A stretch of 64,000 nucleotides of DNA from Setoptus koraiensis (GCA_048013815.1 CM106586.1:8246001-8310000), one strand, 5' to 3'; shown: positions 23,111 to 37,700, numbered from the stretch's first letter. Notes: generated by a model not told the origin, from the letters alone. Numbers and translations are program-made.

Positions 23111-25806
23111 AAACCAAACACGAGCTGCCGAAACTAATTTAATTAAATGCAAATTCCTGGCTCGTGCGCGCGCCACAAGCAGCCATTATCAATCATCGGC
23201 GTGCAAGCGGCCGAGAAAGTGCAAATTTTGCACAGGCGACTCACCTTGCCACGGCGCGTGATATTATCGCTGGCGCTTTTGTCGCGATAGCTGTCAACAG
23301 TGAGCAATTTTATCTGCGCCACCGCCGCGCCAAACACAAATCAAACAAATCACACCGATGCCTGATCAGTATGTGGAGCCCCCGTCATGCCCCCAGATAC
23401 CGTTATAACTCATAACGTTGGCTCGCAACGTTACGTTGGTTGGGGCGCGCCGGACAGCGGCGACACAAGCGCCACCAGTGACAGTGACAGCGACAGGTGG
23501 GCCCAATAACAGTTACAATTTACCCCAACACGTCGCCCGGCTGCGAGCAGCGGCCGGCCGGCGGGCCGACGGGCGCTTCAACGGCTCTAGCCCCAGAGAG
23601 CCAGAGAGTTGTCGAGAGGCCCTCCAGCGTGACTTTGCGTCCGCTCACAGGGCAGCCCTCGGCGCTCGTTGCGGCGTCGCCCGTCCCGGCGGCTCTCGTT
23701 GCAGCGGCGCCCGTTTCAGCGGCGCCCGTTGGTGTCAGTCCTAACTTAGGACTGACACTCAGCACAGGCCACTGTGACGCAACCATGTATCCGCGTCGGA
23801 GAGGCGAGCGTCGCAGGGAGAAATTGTGGCAACTCTCACAGTGTCACAGAGAGAGAGTGTCTCAACTGTCCGTCGACTGACAGTCGTCGACTGTGGCGCG
23901 TTTGAATTTGGCGCCCCCAACGCGGCCCCAAAAGCGATTTCGAGTGCGCCAGCAAACATTGCCTGCCGGCCGAACGGGGCCCCACCGAAATGGGGCGAGC
24001 GGGCGGGGGCCCGCAGTGCACACGACAAGTGAAATCATCGAAACGTAAACTCTGTCGCTCTCTGGCTGCCAGTTTGGCCGCGTTCTATATATTGTTGTCA
24101 TAACTATATTGTAATAGCCACTGTTTAAATAGGCACAACGCGAGAGAGTTTATCATTATAACGGCGCTTGGACGTCACGGGCCAACACTGTGCAGCTACG
24201 TGTCGGCCGCGCGGTACGTGGCATATCCACGGGCAACTGGCAGTTGTGTCGGGCGGCTGCTGTATGGGGGGCGAGTTGCGTAACGCGCGGCGAGTCGTAT
24301 CGTCATAACGTCAGTTGTATCACGGCAAACAAGTGGACAGACAGAGCATAATGGCATAGGTGGCAGCAGTGTGCACAGATTACATAACATCACAACAATT
24401 GTGATCATTAAACGTGCACGGCGACGACGACCAGCCAGCCAGCTCAAATCGCATTATATACGTATATTATTATATAAGAGACACACGCTGCTTATTGGTT
24501 GCTGGTGTCACTGGCACTCGACCACTGTTACTCGGCACTGCACACACAGATAACGTTGTAACGTTACATAAACGCCCATGAACGTAATAGTTACGTAATC
24601 CACATTGGCCATTGCGTCGCAGGCCCCGCGATTGATGGTAAACAAACAGAACAAACTCATTTCGCGCGCACCACCAACAACGACAACAACCGACGATGCT
24701 AATCTCGCCAGAGCCTTGATTGTTTGTGTCGGCGAGCCCGTGAATTGCCGAGCGAGCTGCCAGCCTATAACGAGCGCGCGCTGGGGCCCCGCTTCGAGGC
24801 GCTCCGAGGGGCCCCGGCCAAATTGGCAAGGCCGCAACTCGCGGCACACCAGTCAGCTGTGCAGCTAGATAGGTCGCCCGTGGCATTAATTAGTGCTGCA
24901 CAATGCAGTTGGCAGTGTCGCCGTTGATAACGTTGCTGCTGTTGGCAATATTGTCGCTGGCAAGGGCGCTGCCGGTGACACTGTTGGCAGTGCTGGCTGG
25001 CGACGGCAGCAGCCAGACAAAATGAAAATCATTTTATCGTCGCCACCATTATCTGTGCCCCATCTGCGCCCTCTGTGCCCCCCTGTGCCATATCTGTGCC
25101 ATATCCGTGCCCCGTCTGTGCAGCATCTTGCCCGACTGTGCAAGTTGTCGGTGTCGCTAGGGCCGCTGCCATATAGGCATATATGCCCGGCCCCCCTTCG
25201 CAAACACGTTGCCGATCTAAATCGTTACCCGCTGAGCAGATAGCTCGCCGCTCGCGAGCCGCCAGCTCACGGCCAGTCGCCAGTTGGCGCCGCCACGTGT
25301 TACCCGTGCGCTCGCGCGATGTAAACACGGGCTCACGGCCCCCATGGCCCACACCCACAGCCATATAGCACCGTGCGCAGCCATACGGCACAGAACAAGA
25401 GCGCGCAACAACATTATCAACGAGAGCACAAGTGATCATTTATTAGTTGTATTAGTTGTGCTCAAGTGGCCCTTGTCGCCAAACGCTGTCGGCCCCCGGC
25501 CCAGCAAGCGGCGCCCCCCGCTGCCGCTTGTTATGCAATGTTGTCAGGGCAACATTGTTGTCGTTATGTAACATGTAACAGTTAGTCGTCGCTTATTGTT
25601 CGCCCGTTGTCTATATTGTTTGGCTCATCTGTGGCGCTGTCGGGCGCTGTCAATGGGCGCTACAAAGCAGGCCGAGCTGTCCATTAATGCAGCGGCGAGA
25701 CAACAACAATGGCACAACAATGACACGGCAGCGCGTGCCCTCTTGAGCCGGCACTTGCCAGCGCCACTCGGGCCTCTCGGGCCGGCAGCAGCAGCGCCGC
25801 CAGCGG

Positions 25807-25929
25807 CAACAACAGCAACGACAACAACAGCAACGACAACAACAGCAACGACAACAACAGCAACGACAACAACAGCAACGACAACAACAGCAACGACAAC
25901 AACAGCAACGACAACAACAACAACAACAA
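25807..25929. repeat. 15-bp minisatellite, 7 copies (caacaacagcaacga), running into (caa)n
   Basis: Seen directly. Confidence 0.92.
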
Positions 25930-28598
25930 TGCAGCGCGAGTCAACTGCGAGAGGCAAGTCGCTAATGAGCAGCGGTGGCGGCGCGCTGCAAACAGCGGGC
26001 CGGATATCAGAAGCGGACGATCGGACAATATTGTAATTCGGAGCCACTTCATTTGCAATGCCGCTGAGAGTGGGCACACAATGGGGCGCCATTGACGATG
26101 ATGAGCGGGCCCGGTTTGAGTGGTCAACTCTGATTCAAAGTGTTTGAAATTGTCAAACGTCGGCAGCGATTTGAAACGCGCGTCGCGAAACGTGCACCCG
26201 AATTCGGGCATAATTCGAGCATAATTCGCAACGGGCCAATTTGTTCGCCAAGCAACAGAGAACGCCAACGAACAGCCCAATGGATGGCCCATCATGGGGG
26301 CCAAATCAACAGCCTGGCCAGCGTGTTTTGGTGCGTTTTAGGTGCGTTGTCAGCGCCATCAAATTACAAGTTTGAGCCTTGGTTGGCGCTGATACTTGCG
26401 AGCACGTGCAATGCGATACGTGCGTCTCAATGTTTGTGTGTGAGTCATCCAGGTGAGTTGAGTCGCGAGTGGCCGTGATTATGTTTGGACGTGTGCGTTT
26501 GACAAGCGCGACGCACTCGCCGGCTACTCGGGCCACTCGGGCCACTCGGGCTACTCGGGCGGCGCTACCCGAAGACGCTGGCGACATCGCCGTCGAGCAG
26601 CGGCAACCCGAGCGCCAACGGGCCAACGATGAGACGGCCAACGATGCGACGGCCAACGATGAGACGGCCAACGAGCCAGCGAGCGACGCGAATCGATTAG
26701 ACGGGGTCAGTTTATTTAAAAGTCAACGCCGGGCCGGCCAAACGTTGTCGTTGTTGGCCGTCAGTTGGCGCAGCAACAAACTGACAGCTCAATCGAGCCG
26801 ATTGACCGAAACAGTTTGGCCACTGAAAGTCGCCAATTTCAAGGCAAACATTGAGCGCGACACACGGGCAAGCCGAGAGTGGCAACACAAACAACAACAA
26901 AATGACATTATTTTGGCGCTGTTGTCGCGTTTGTGTCGGCACGCTCACAATAATGGTCGCGCCGACACAAACACAATCTGTTTGTGTCACAGGTAAATAT
27001 TTGCCCCACTAACTGGCCAGCGGCAGACTTACCTGTGCCGGCCATTGCGCCAAACTTACCTGTGCCCGCGATTGCGGCAACCCGGCCAGCGGGCTCGCCA
27101 GCGAGTGGTGGGCGCACCGGCCAACGCGGCTGGCCGTCGTCGTTTAATTTATCCGCCTCATCTAACTCGAAATGGGCCCGACTCGATTGCGGCTGCTGGC
27201 CCCCGTTCGGCTTCTGTTCGGCTTCTGTTCGGCCTCCGTTTGGCCTCTATTCGGCCCCGTTCGGCGGCCCAAACAGAGTCAACAGGTAACCGTTCTCAGG
27301 CGACCATCGACGAGGGCCGCTCGATGACGGGCCGCCATCATCAGGTGGTGATTGATTGGATTTCGCGGCGACGCCGATTCATTTGACTTTTGTTCATCAT
27401 CATTATTGGGGCCATTGTGTCGGGCCAACGGAGGCCAATTGAACGCCAGTCTCTAAAATCGCCGCGAGGAATGCCGATCGCCATTACACATTATATATTG
27501 CACATTGTATATTATATATCGTGTGTTGTCGTTGTGTGTTGTTGTTGTGTGTTGTTGTTGTGTGTTGTGTGTGTCGCGAACGGGCAACAATGACACTGGC
27601 CGCAACTGCCACTTGCGTTATTATCCGCGGTAATTCAATTCGCGGGCCGCGACATTTGTTGCTGTCGCTGTCGTTGTTGCCGTTGCGGTGTCGCTGTTGC
27701 TGTTGTTGCGGCATTTGCGGGCCAGCAACAAATGCGACCGACCGCGCAGCGCCCCGAACTAGCCATAAAAGGGCCCGCGCGTCGTCGTAACCGCCACTTT
27801 AATGGTCGCTCACAACGAGGCTCTGACCGAGCCGCGCCGCGCCGACAAGCTCACGGCCGGCAGAATGACTGTCCCGTGATTGTGATTGGGCCCGTCTCTC
27901 CGGCCCGAGCAAGAAGCACAAAAGAATCACAAGTCATTATCATTAATGTTGCTGTTGTTGTGCAACTTGCACGGGTCGCGGCAGTCGCGTATCGTATAAC
28001 TATCGTGTGCCGCTGTAATTCGCCGGCCCGCGATAGTTGCGCGATAAGTTGCGCGATAAGTTGAAGGGAAATGCCACTGGCGGCCCGACTGAGAAGTGGA
28101 CACTCCTCGGGCCGCCAGTGGGCCAAACGAAAGCACTGTAAGTGGGCCCAGCAACGTTGCAAGTGGGCGACACGGGAGAAGCTCTTTTTATCCAAGCTTT
28201 TTTATGCGCTCCGGCCCGGCGCTCGTGCAATCGATCGGCTCGGCCCGGCCCGACTCGGCTCGAAACGGGACCGCTGGCACGGCAGCAAAAACAATTGCGG
28301 AGCTGGCCAACCGACCACGCACAGCAGCAACTCGGGGCCCAGTGCGTCTGGCCCCAACTTGAGAGACCCGCACAGAGTGGGATCCGCTCAGAGGGAGATT
28401 AATGGTGGCTGGCAGCGATGGGGCGACACACAAGTTGCTGGCAGTAGGCAGTTGGCAGTTGTCAGCAGTTATGCCGAATCGGCTATTCATTATTGCGTCA
28501 TCATGACGTCGTATCGTTCGTCATTATTAATGACAAAGACAATTCCATATTGCACGGCCGATGCTCACATTGCTTAATCTACTTGCGTCGTTTTTGTG

Positions 28599-28635
<37 letters not shown>

Positions 28636-31600
28636 TCCTGTTGTTGTCGCTGCTGTTGTCGTTGTTGTTGTCCTGTCGTCGCTGCTGTTGTTGCTGCCAA
28701 CAATGGGCGACAGCCACGCCGACGCGACACAATTGGGCTGTTGCGGTTGTGCGGTGGTTGCAACCACCGATGAGTGGTTGTTGTTGTTGTGGCCGTAATT
28801 GCGCGATTTCAATCATCAAATAATGAATGGCGGCCCGCCGAACCGGCCCCAGACAAACTGGCGAGCGGCTGCCAATTTACAAACATCGCTTAATCATCAT
28901 CGATCTTGTCGTCAACTTTCGGTCGGGCCGTTTCCCGTCGCGGGCGCCGTCACCTGAGCGCCGCTGACGCCTCTTCGCCCAATTCGCACTATTCGCACTA
29001 TTCGCCTTCTTCGCCCTACTCGCCTCATTCGCCGGCCCGACCGGCGCCGCGCTGACCCGCGCCGGGCGCCCTCCGCAGCGGCCCAATGAGGACGTTTGCG
29101 CGATCCATCACTTGACGCGAAAATGAATGACGAGAACACAAACGCGATGATGAAACGCAACGGTTATGATGACCGCAATCGGCCGCACCTCGGCCACTCG
29201 AGCGCGACGCTTCGCCCATCGTCGACTGGTGTCAAACTCTCGAACCAACAAGGAACCTCTTCGAAAGAATTGCAGCGCCCCGGGGCCCGCTGGCGTGTGT
29301 GCGCGTCAGTTGACAGCGATGGGCCGCTCGTCGGCAATTAAAGCGCCGAGCTAAGCGAATTACGCGAATCAAGCGAATTACAAGCGCCCGCTCGCTGTGA
29401 TATAATCTAATTAACTGCGCCGCGCCGGCACAACTGGAGAGGCCGCAACTGCAAAAAAGGCCGCTCTCGGCTCTCGCTGACGCTCGGGCGCCCCGTGCGC
29501 CAATTAACTGCGCGGGCCGGGACATTCCTGGGGCGCTTGTTTGCGCTGGCCAAACTTTAAAAGTGTGTGTTGGCGCGCCGGCCGAGCCCTGGCCGCGGTC
29601 GGCTCGACCGACCGCGGACAAATGTCGCAAATATCGCACCAGCGACAACAATGATTTGCATGCGCGCACCTAGGCGCGCACCGCGGACAGAAGCCGCAAC
29701 AATGCGGCGCGGCAACAGCGCCGACGACAACAGCGCCGACGACGACGACAACAATCACGGTCACCGCTCGAGCACAGCACCCTGGGCTCCGCGAACGGGC
29801 AAATGATGTTAGCGGTCGCCCGTGTGATGCTTTTATCATTGTAACTTTATGACGTGCCGACTGGTTCATGCGGCCGCGGTCCGTGCGGCGCGGGGCGCAA
29901 GTGGCCGCTCGCTATCACACGCGAATTGCGATCGGCGGCCCCTGCGCCGCCGTCCCAACGCAACAAACGAACGCCGGCCCGACACACGAAATGAATTCGC
30001 TGAAATCGATATCGACGCGGCGCGAACTGACCGATTCGATAAAAAGCCGATAAAAAGTTGGTCGCCCAATAAAGTGAGTCCGTAAATCACGCCGGCCGCC
30101 AGTGCGTGCGGGTACGTGCACGCTGCACCAAAGCGCTGGCCGCAGAAAGAATAAAGGAGGCGACAAACGACGGAGGAGACGCCAACAAAGGGCGCACAAA
30201 GGGCCCAGATAGAGATGTAATTGTTGTCGCGACTGGCAGCGCGGCGCTTCCTCGGGTCTCGGGTCCGTCTTCGGGTCGCCCGCCGTCTCGGGTTCGTCTT
30301 CGGGGCGCTGCGCCGTCTCGGGTTTGTCTTCGGGGCGCTGCGCCGGCCGCTCTCGTTCGGGCCTGTCTGCGGGCCGGGCCGGGCCGGTCCGCGCCAGTAA
30401 ATCATTGGCTGGCCAGCGGCGCGCACAGTGAATAAAGTTGCGAGCGGCGCACAAAAGCGAAACTAGATCAATGGGCCCGCTCTCATAATTAACATGTCAA
30501 CCACGGCACAACTAAATGAGTTGCGGCCGGGCGCCGCCGGTTGGCGCTGCCCGCCGGACAGTCGGACAACGACAATTGGCTACCGTGCGCCGCTAGCGGT
30601 AGCGAGACGGCAGCCGCGGACAGGCGCGCGGATCGCAAACAAATTAATTAGGAAAAAATGCCGCACAAATCAGCGCCGGCATCATCGCGCGGGCAACGCG
30701 GGCACCGCGGAGAAATTAATTCGCGCCGGCGCCGCCATTCCTGCGGCCTACGTGCCATTTGCACATTCAAACACTCAGTGGCGGCGCTGATATCGCCGAT
30801 ATCGCCGATATGAGCGGTATTTGTGTCGCAAATACGATATTGATTATCTATTGATGCGCGCCACTCGATGTCTCAATGAACGTCTCAATCCGGGCCGGTT
30901 GGCAGGGCCTCGCACGGGCGCGGATTGAGACGTCCACTGGACGGGCGAGCGGCGCAAGTAGCGGGCACATCATTATCTGTTATTTGTCGTTTGTGCTCGT
31001 CGTCGTCGTCTTGTGACGGCGGCGCCGACAGCGGCTGCCTCTTTGACAGCGCCCGTCAATGGGCCGCGCCGGCCACCTATGCCCGCCACTCTCGCTGCGG
31101 CCACATATACGCACCTAAGCGGTACCCGAGCAGCCGTATCGGCCGGCTAATCCCCGATGCCGCGCGGCCCCCAATGCGCGCCCTAATCCCAATAATGATC
31201 ATCTACTCGGTGCGCCAGATAATCTGTGCGCCGGTGAGTCGGGCCGCCGCCGCTCTCATGCGGGCACTTCTGGCCGGTGCGGCGACTGTTGTGACCGGCG
31301 CGGCAAAGAGCGGCTATACCGGCAGCGGCTTATATTATTATTGTGACAACCGGTGGTTGTTTTGACCGAACAACAACAACCTAAACAACAGATTACACAC
31401 TCTGTAATACAGCGGCGGCGGCGGCCCGACCAATCGGGCCGCTTCAAAGGTAAATAAAAGCGCTTCGCCGTTGGTGGCTGCTCAAACTCATACTTGCCGG
31501 CCACTCATATTATTACTCATATTAGCGCGGCCCAAACAACAACAATCATGGGCCATGTTTGTTGTGTGCGATATGACAACTGTCAAACGGGCAACGCGGC

Positions 31601-34478
31601 ACTCGACTCACGTGAGAGCATGGCAAACATTGGCGCAACACGTTGCCGCTCCACATGCCGCCGGGTAATCGGTCGACCCCGAACAGCTGAGTGGGCCCAC
31701 TGTTTACCTTTGCGGCCAGCGGCCGCTGGCCTGGCCAACAACAGGTTGCCCGCTGCCGGCCACTCACCTGTGCGCCGCGTGCACTGTCGGCCGCTCACCT
31801 GTCGGCCAGCTGCCGCGACCGGAAGTGCCGGCTGGCACCCGGCGCGACCCGCTGGCGAGCCCAGCAGTTGACAGAACCATTGCAACTCGGAGCTCAAATG
31901 GTCTGGAACTGGTTGCGGGGGCCGCCGCAAGAGTGCGGGGGCGCTCAGGAAATGCACGCTAATCGGCTGGAAAAACGTTGCCCAGACGGTCGGCACAGCG
32001 AGCGCTGGCTGTGCCGACTGCACGATTAACATGTTATGATTTGGCGTGTGACTGCGCGTGTCCATCAATTTCACGTGTTTGCGCGCGTGTAGCGAGCACT
32101 CTTGCGCGCGGCGCGCGCGCGATCCTTGTGCGCCCCACTAATGTGCCACACGGCCAGCCCATTACGCCAAGCGTGACCGCTGCTCCCCCTCCCTCCCGTT
32201 CGCCCACTACTGTAGCCTAGCACAATATTGGACCGTGGTGGCGCAGGTCGCTGTGCCAGCACGGTCCAATATTGTGCCTGTCAGCCGTTGTGCGATACCG
32301 TGCTGCCGCCGTCGCAAATAAATATCGCTTTATTTCGGCGCGCTTCGAGGCGCTCTCGTTGCGAGCGTTATTACATTTCATCGAGGGCCCGTCGACAGCG
32401 TTGGCAGCGTCATGGCCGTCGATGATGTCGCGCCGGATCTTCTCACGGTAAATTGGAGCAGTGAAGAGTTGTGCGCGTCGGCGGAGCGGGCCCACTTGAC
32501 AGGCGGCGCAGGCCAACAAATTGGATACTTGCTCGGCTGTCAAGTTGTGCAAGTTGCGCGCCGCTGCAAGCTTGCGCGGATCGCAACTGGCGCCACTGGC
32601 CGCCAGTTGGCATTTGTCTCGCGAACGTTGCCGTGTATGCTGGCGTGTGATATAGGTGTCACAGTGACAGCCATTAAGATGATGACAATGACAGGACACG
32701 AATCTTTGTCACTTTTGGCGAAATTCGCTGGCGAAATTTGCCGGCGAAATTTGCTGGCAAAATATTGACAGCAGCGCAATTGGCCGCTTTGTCGCCGTTT
32801 CCATTGGGTTGGCCGTGCATTCGATTTCGCACAATTGTTGCCATTTGTTGGTTGTTGCTATTTGTTGGTTGTTGCTGTTGGTTGTTGCTGTTGGTTGTTG
32901 CCATTTGCTGGCCGAGTCAAGTTGCCCGACGAACAGCAAATAGAGGATGAATTGCCAACAGGGGCGCTTGTTGAATGGACGCCATCGATCGACAGCCAGT
33001 GTGACAGCAAGCGGGCATTGTGCCCGTCGGCCGGGTGTCAATCACGCTCACCTGACAGCTTCGTCGGGCGCTAATAGTGCCAATATTTCTCTAATGGGAG
33101 CAGCCATGATTAAATTAGAGAGAAATCTCGAGCTGGCCATTGTGTCCATGCCATTCAATTATTATTTTCGACTCCGGCCGACAGGCGATCCGCGGGCCAT
33201 TGTCGCTCGACTGGTGCGCGTCTCATCGATTCAGTTTATTTCAACAATGCACACTCAATTGAAGCAAGACGCTAATAGCGGCCACAAGTGGCTGCTAATG
33301 GCGCTCGTGGCGACCTGGCGGCTGGCTCATCGATGATCGAATGCTCGAGCGCTCGAATGATGAACCGGCCCGACTGTCAGTTTACCTTCGCGACTCGACG
33401 CTTGCGACGCACGGCGCCACTTGAGCCAAACTCTCAAAATATCGCCGGCGAGTCGATGGAAATAACGCGAAACGCCGGCCCCACTCGCCCCACATTCTAG
33501 CGGGCACAGCGATCCACTTCGCCCGGCACGTCAAGTGACAGCGCCAACAATGGGCGCTCGATTTGAGAGTCTCAAAGGGTTCGCACGGGCCGGTCGTCGT
33601 TTCGTTCGGTTTCGTTGTGCTGCGCTGACAGAAATTTTTGCCACCGTTGGCTCGGCGAATTGGCCTCAATTGCCCGTCGAACGGATCGGAATCTGGCCAA
33701 ATCGAACGATTCACAATGTCGACGCGATTATGTGGCCGAGAACTTGTGAGACGGCGGCGACATTCGACGAGTTCAACGAGTTCGGACGGCGACGAGTTGG
33801 GACGGCGACGAGTCGGGCAAATTGTCAATTTGCATGCCAGTGCAAACAGCAGCGCAAACAACTGCCAACGACGCACAATGGGCGTATAATTGGCGCCGCT
33901 CGGGACGGTGCGCACTGCGGTGCGGCCCGGGTCGGGGCACTCGCAGCAGGCACGCAGCCGTACCCTGGTTGGCGCATCTCGGAATGCGCACAACGCACAT
34001 AAGTTTGGCAACGGCGGCGCACCACACTGCTGTAACAGTAGCACTGTGACTCGCTGGCACTGCTGGCATTATAGGCGCCCGAGCTGACGCACACACAGAG
34101 CCGCTGGCGAATGAATACGCACCATTCTTGTGTGTGTGTGTGTGTGTGCGCTTGCGAATTTGCAATGCAAACAAACGGTTAGTTCGATTCGAGCAACGAA
34201 TCAGTTTGCAAGTTTTAAATTAGCAGCATTGCGAGCAACAGCAACCAGCGAGACAGTGCGGCCAGAAATCGAATCTCTGCAGCGCCGTCGAACGTCGAGC
34301 TACGAGCGCCAGCGAACTAAGTGAGCCAGTCGAACCAGCAGCAGCAGTCTATAGAAAACAGTGCACAGTCTTGAATAATGACCGGCCTATAATCAGCGCA
34401 GGCGACGCAGCGAACAATCACACACACGCGACAACGCGAACCGTGCCTTGGCGTCGCGCCAGTCGAACGAACGAACGA

Positions 34479-34566
34479 ATCGAACAAAAACCAGCAAATC
34501 GAACAAACCGAACAAACCCAGCAAACCGAACAAACCCAGCAAATCGAACAAACCCAGCAAATCGAA
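34479..34566. repeat. 18-bp degenerate repeat (cccagcaaaYcgaacaaa) just upstream of the Pax6 start codon
   Basis: Seen directly; lies in the presumptive 5' UTR or promoter. Confidence 0.8.
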
Positions 34567-34777
34567 TAATTGCGCCGGCCGAAACAAGCGAATATTCGAG
34601 CCAATCAAAACAGTCGAACAATCAAAACAGTCGAACAATCGAGCCAATCGAACTATCGAGCCAACAGAACAGTCGAACAGCTGACGTCAATATCGGCAAG
34701 CGTTTAGAACAAATCGCCAATCAGCACAAACATTAGTCACCATTGATCGCCACTCCTACTACGAACCGTACCCGGTG

Positions 34778-34790
34778 ATGCCGCATAAAG
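34778..34790 (+). CDS. Pax6: Pax6 coding exon 1 (MPHK-G)
   Basis: ATG CCG CAT AAA G|gtacgt joins in phase to give MPHKGHSG, a familiar invertebrate Pax6 N-terminus; there is an in-frame stop upstream at 34682. Confidence 0.8.
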
Positions 34791-37700
34791 GTACGTGCGG
34801 CCCGCCGCGATACCCGCCACAATACAATAATAATGTCGCCGCATCTCCGGCCAGCTCTGCAGCGTTGCAGCTAACGATGCAGAATGGTCCCAATCGGCGA
34901 CATTACATAATATGATTAATATTATCGACATTACGTATAATTATAATCAATGCGACAATAATAAACGATCTAACGAATTCTCTCCCCAATGTAATCCGCT
35001 CAATGCTACCCGTCCAATGCTACCCGCTCAATGCAACCCGCTCAACGCAACCCGTCCACCGCGTCTCGCCGCATCCGCACAGGTCACTCGGGTATCAATC
35101 AGCTGGGTGGCACCTACGTCAACGGTCGCCCGCTGCCCGACAGCATCCGGCATGAAATTGTCAAGCTGAACAACAGCGGCGCCCGGCCGTGCGACATATC
35201 GCGTCTGTTGCAGGTGAGTACCCCGCAAGCCCGAGCCTATATCGATACGAGGCGCATCGACAATTGTGAATGGTGCGATACTCGAGCACTAATTAGCTGA
35301 CCATTATGACGCACCTATCGTTGATTAGCGCAACTGCTGTCACACTCATTATTTATTCCATACTAATTGACTGTTTATTTGCATTATTGGTTTGTATTAC
35401 CATTTCATCATTTGCCCGCTGCGTGTCGCCTGTGCGTCAGGTGTCAAACGGATGCGTCAGCAAAATACTGGGCCGATACTATGAGACGGGCTCCATAAAA
35501 CCGCGCGCCATTGGCGGAAGTAAGCCGCGTGTGGCCACTCCCGACGTAGTAAACAAGATATCGCAATTAAAACGCGACAGTCCCTCTATATTTGCCTGGG
35601 AAATCCGCGACAGATTATTGCACGAAAACATTTGTGATAGCGAGAGCGTGCCAAGCGTAAGTAGCCCCATCTATCTTGAATAAATGAATATCTTGCCCGG
35701 CTTGTGTGTATACAATTGAGCCATTTATCATCGTTTACGGTGGCTGGCGAGCGCGACTCGGCTCAGCGATTGCCGGACAGCGGCACAGCGATTGCCGGAC
35801 AGCGGCACAGACAGATATGACGTAACCGCTGCGGCCTATAGGTTGGCGCGAGCAACACAATCATTGCGTCACAATGGTCAGCCTTATCTCTGGCGCATTT
35901 TGGTGCTAGTGAGCACGGACAATGGTGATATATGGGCCATTCTATTATATATGTGCGCCGGTCAGAATATTCATGTTGTTAATTTGCAAGTGTGCATGTG
36001 GTGTGCGAGTTATCGGTATCGCCCGATCTCAGCTCGCAGCGTGTCTACGTGTTGATCAAGATAATCACGTGTCGCGACAACAGCGACGACGACGACAACA
36101 TCATCGAATCAGCAACGAGACGCCGGCGACTTTTGCCAGCGGCCGGGCGCGTTTGTTGTGGCCGGGCCGGGCCGGGCGCAAATGGCCCCAAGTGATGATA
36201 ACAACTCAATCTAACGATCATCAGCGCAAACAAATGATGGTGACACAAAGAGTGCGAAGAATATGCAAAAAATAATAGAATGCTCAGCCAACATACAGAT
36301 ATGCTCGTAGATATTCATAACACCACAGTGGCAGCCGGAGAATGGCAGAGGGCGCTGAGAGTGCGGACAGAACATGCAAAAATAGTTTGTTGCAACAATG
36401 ACTCGGACATGCCATTGTTCGCCGGTTTGTTCAACGGTTTGGCACATTGAACAAACTGGCGAACAAAGAACGACCACGACCAGTAGACGTGCTGACGGGC
36501 CCCATTAGCACTTCGGCCGGCGTCGTGTCAACAGTTGACTTTGGCCGGCGACAATGAATGAAACCGAATGCAAGATTAAATTTACAAACGCCAGAGATAA
36601 GTGACTTTTTGCCCGCTTTGATCCATTAATGATCGCTGGCGTTTGCATTGTTGCTGCCGTGGTCGTTGCTGTTGTTGTTGCTGTTGTTGTTGTCGCTGTC
36701 GTTGCTGTTGTCGTTGTCGCGGTCGGCATTGTTTGCTGACCACGAGCAGCGCCACGAGCGCCGCAAACAGATCACTGGTCGCCCGCAAACGACATCTCGC
36801 CAGCGCTTGTCCGGTGGCAGTTGTTTGGCGCATACTGACACTGTTATAATACCAATAATGACACCAATAACAAACGATCGCTCGGACTGAATGTGTGCGG
36901 CGCGATTCGGCCGCGATTTTGCCCGTCGGGCCGGGCCCGAAATTTGTACCTGCAAGGTCGCGGCCATTGTTGACCGGCGCGGCACCCAAGTGTAATTGGC
37001 GCGGCGATAATTCAGTCGGCCAGTTGAGCCGGCCCGAGTCAGTCCGTCGGTCGGGCGAGGTGAGAACACAGAAACACATTAATCAAGTGATCGGGTGGCT
37101 TTGTTGTTGCGGGCCGCGCGACACGACACCGCGACACGAAAACATGGTGTAAATACACGTGTTTTGGGCCGCAAAACAACTCTTTCGATCTATTGTTTGC
37201 CCGTTTGTTTGCCGGCTCATCGTTGGACGGCCGATTAACCGGCGACAAACGAGCCACCGGACAAACGGCTCAAAACGGCTCAAGACGGCGCAAAACGGCC
37301 AGTCCATTTGCATTTGCGCGCCGGGCCCGAGCGGGCCGCGCAGCGGCCAATGAGCAGCGTGAAATCAACATTGTTTGCGGCCCGTCAGGCGTGCCCCGCT
37401 CGGCTTTGAATAATCAATAATTACACGCTGACCGTCCCGAGCTGGCCGGTGCGGGCGCCCGATAGAGCGGCCGATGGAGCGCCCAATGGGCGGCCAGCCG
37501 AGCGCATCAGAGCGAAACGCATGACTAATTAGTGGCTGTCGAAACGCTTATTGAGTTGTCACAACTGAATTAGCGCCGCCTAACCGCGTCGACACCCGCG
37601 CAAGCCTCGACATGCGAATACCCGAACACCACACTGCGCGAATATCCGAACACCACACTGCGCGAATATCCGAATACCCGACTAACCCGCTCTTTCCGCC

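Noticed and set aside
13330-25929. Short tandem arrays as CRISPR-like repeats or transposon ends
   Set aside because: No unique spacers, no cas or transposase/RT ORF, no terminal inverted repeats with target-site duplications; the context is eukaryotic.
23135-29413. Perfect P3 palindromes TAATYNRATTA at 23135 and 29403 (also 51910, overlapping the neuropeptide acceptor)
   Set aside because: Isolated 11-mers; a few are expected by chance in this length and there is no independent support.
11900-34400. The many 60-315 aa overlapping ORFs, e.g. 19600-20475, 19682-20629, 25684-26304 and 33382-34044
   Set aside because: They occur in all six frames, are R/A/P/C-rich, often have non-ATG starts and follow GC-rich repeats; no domain is recognisable.
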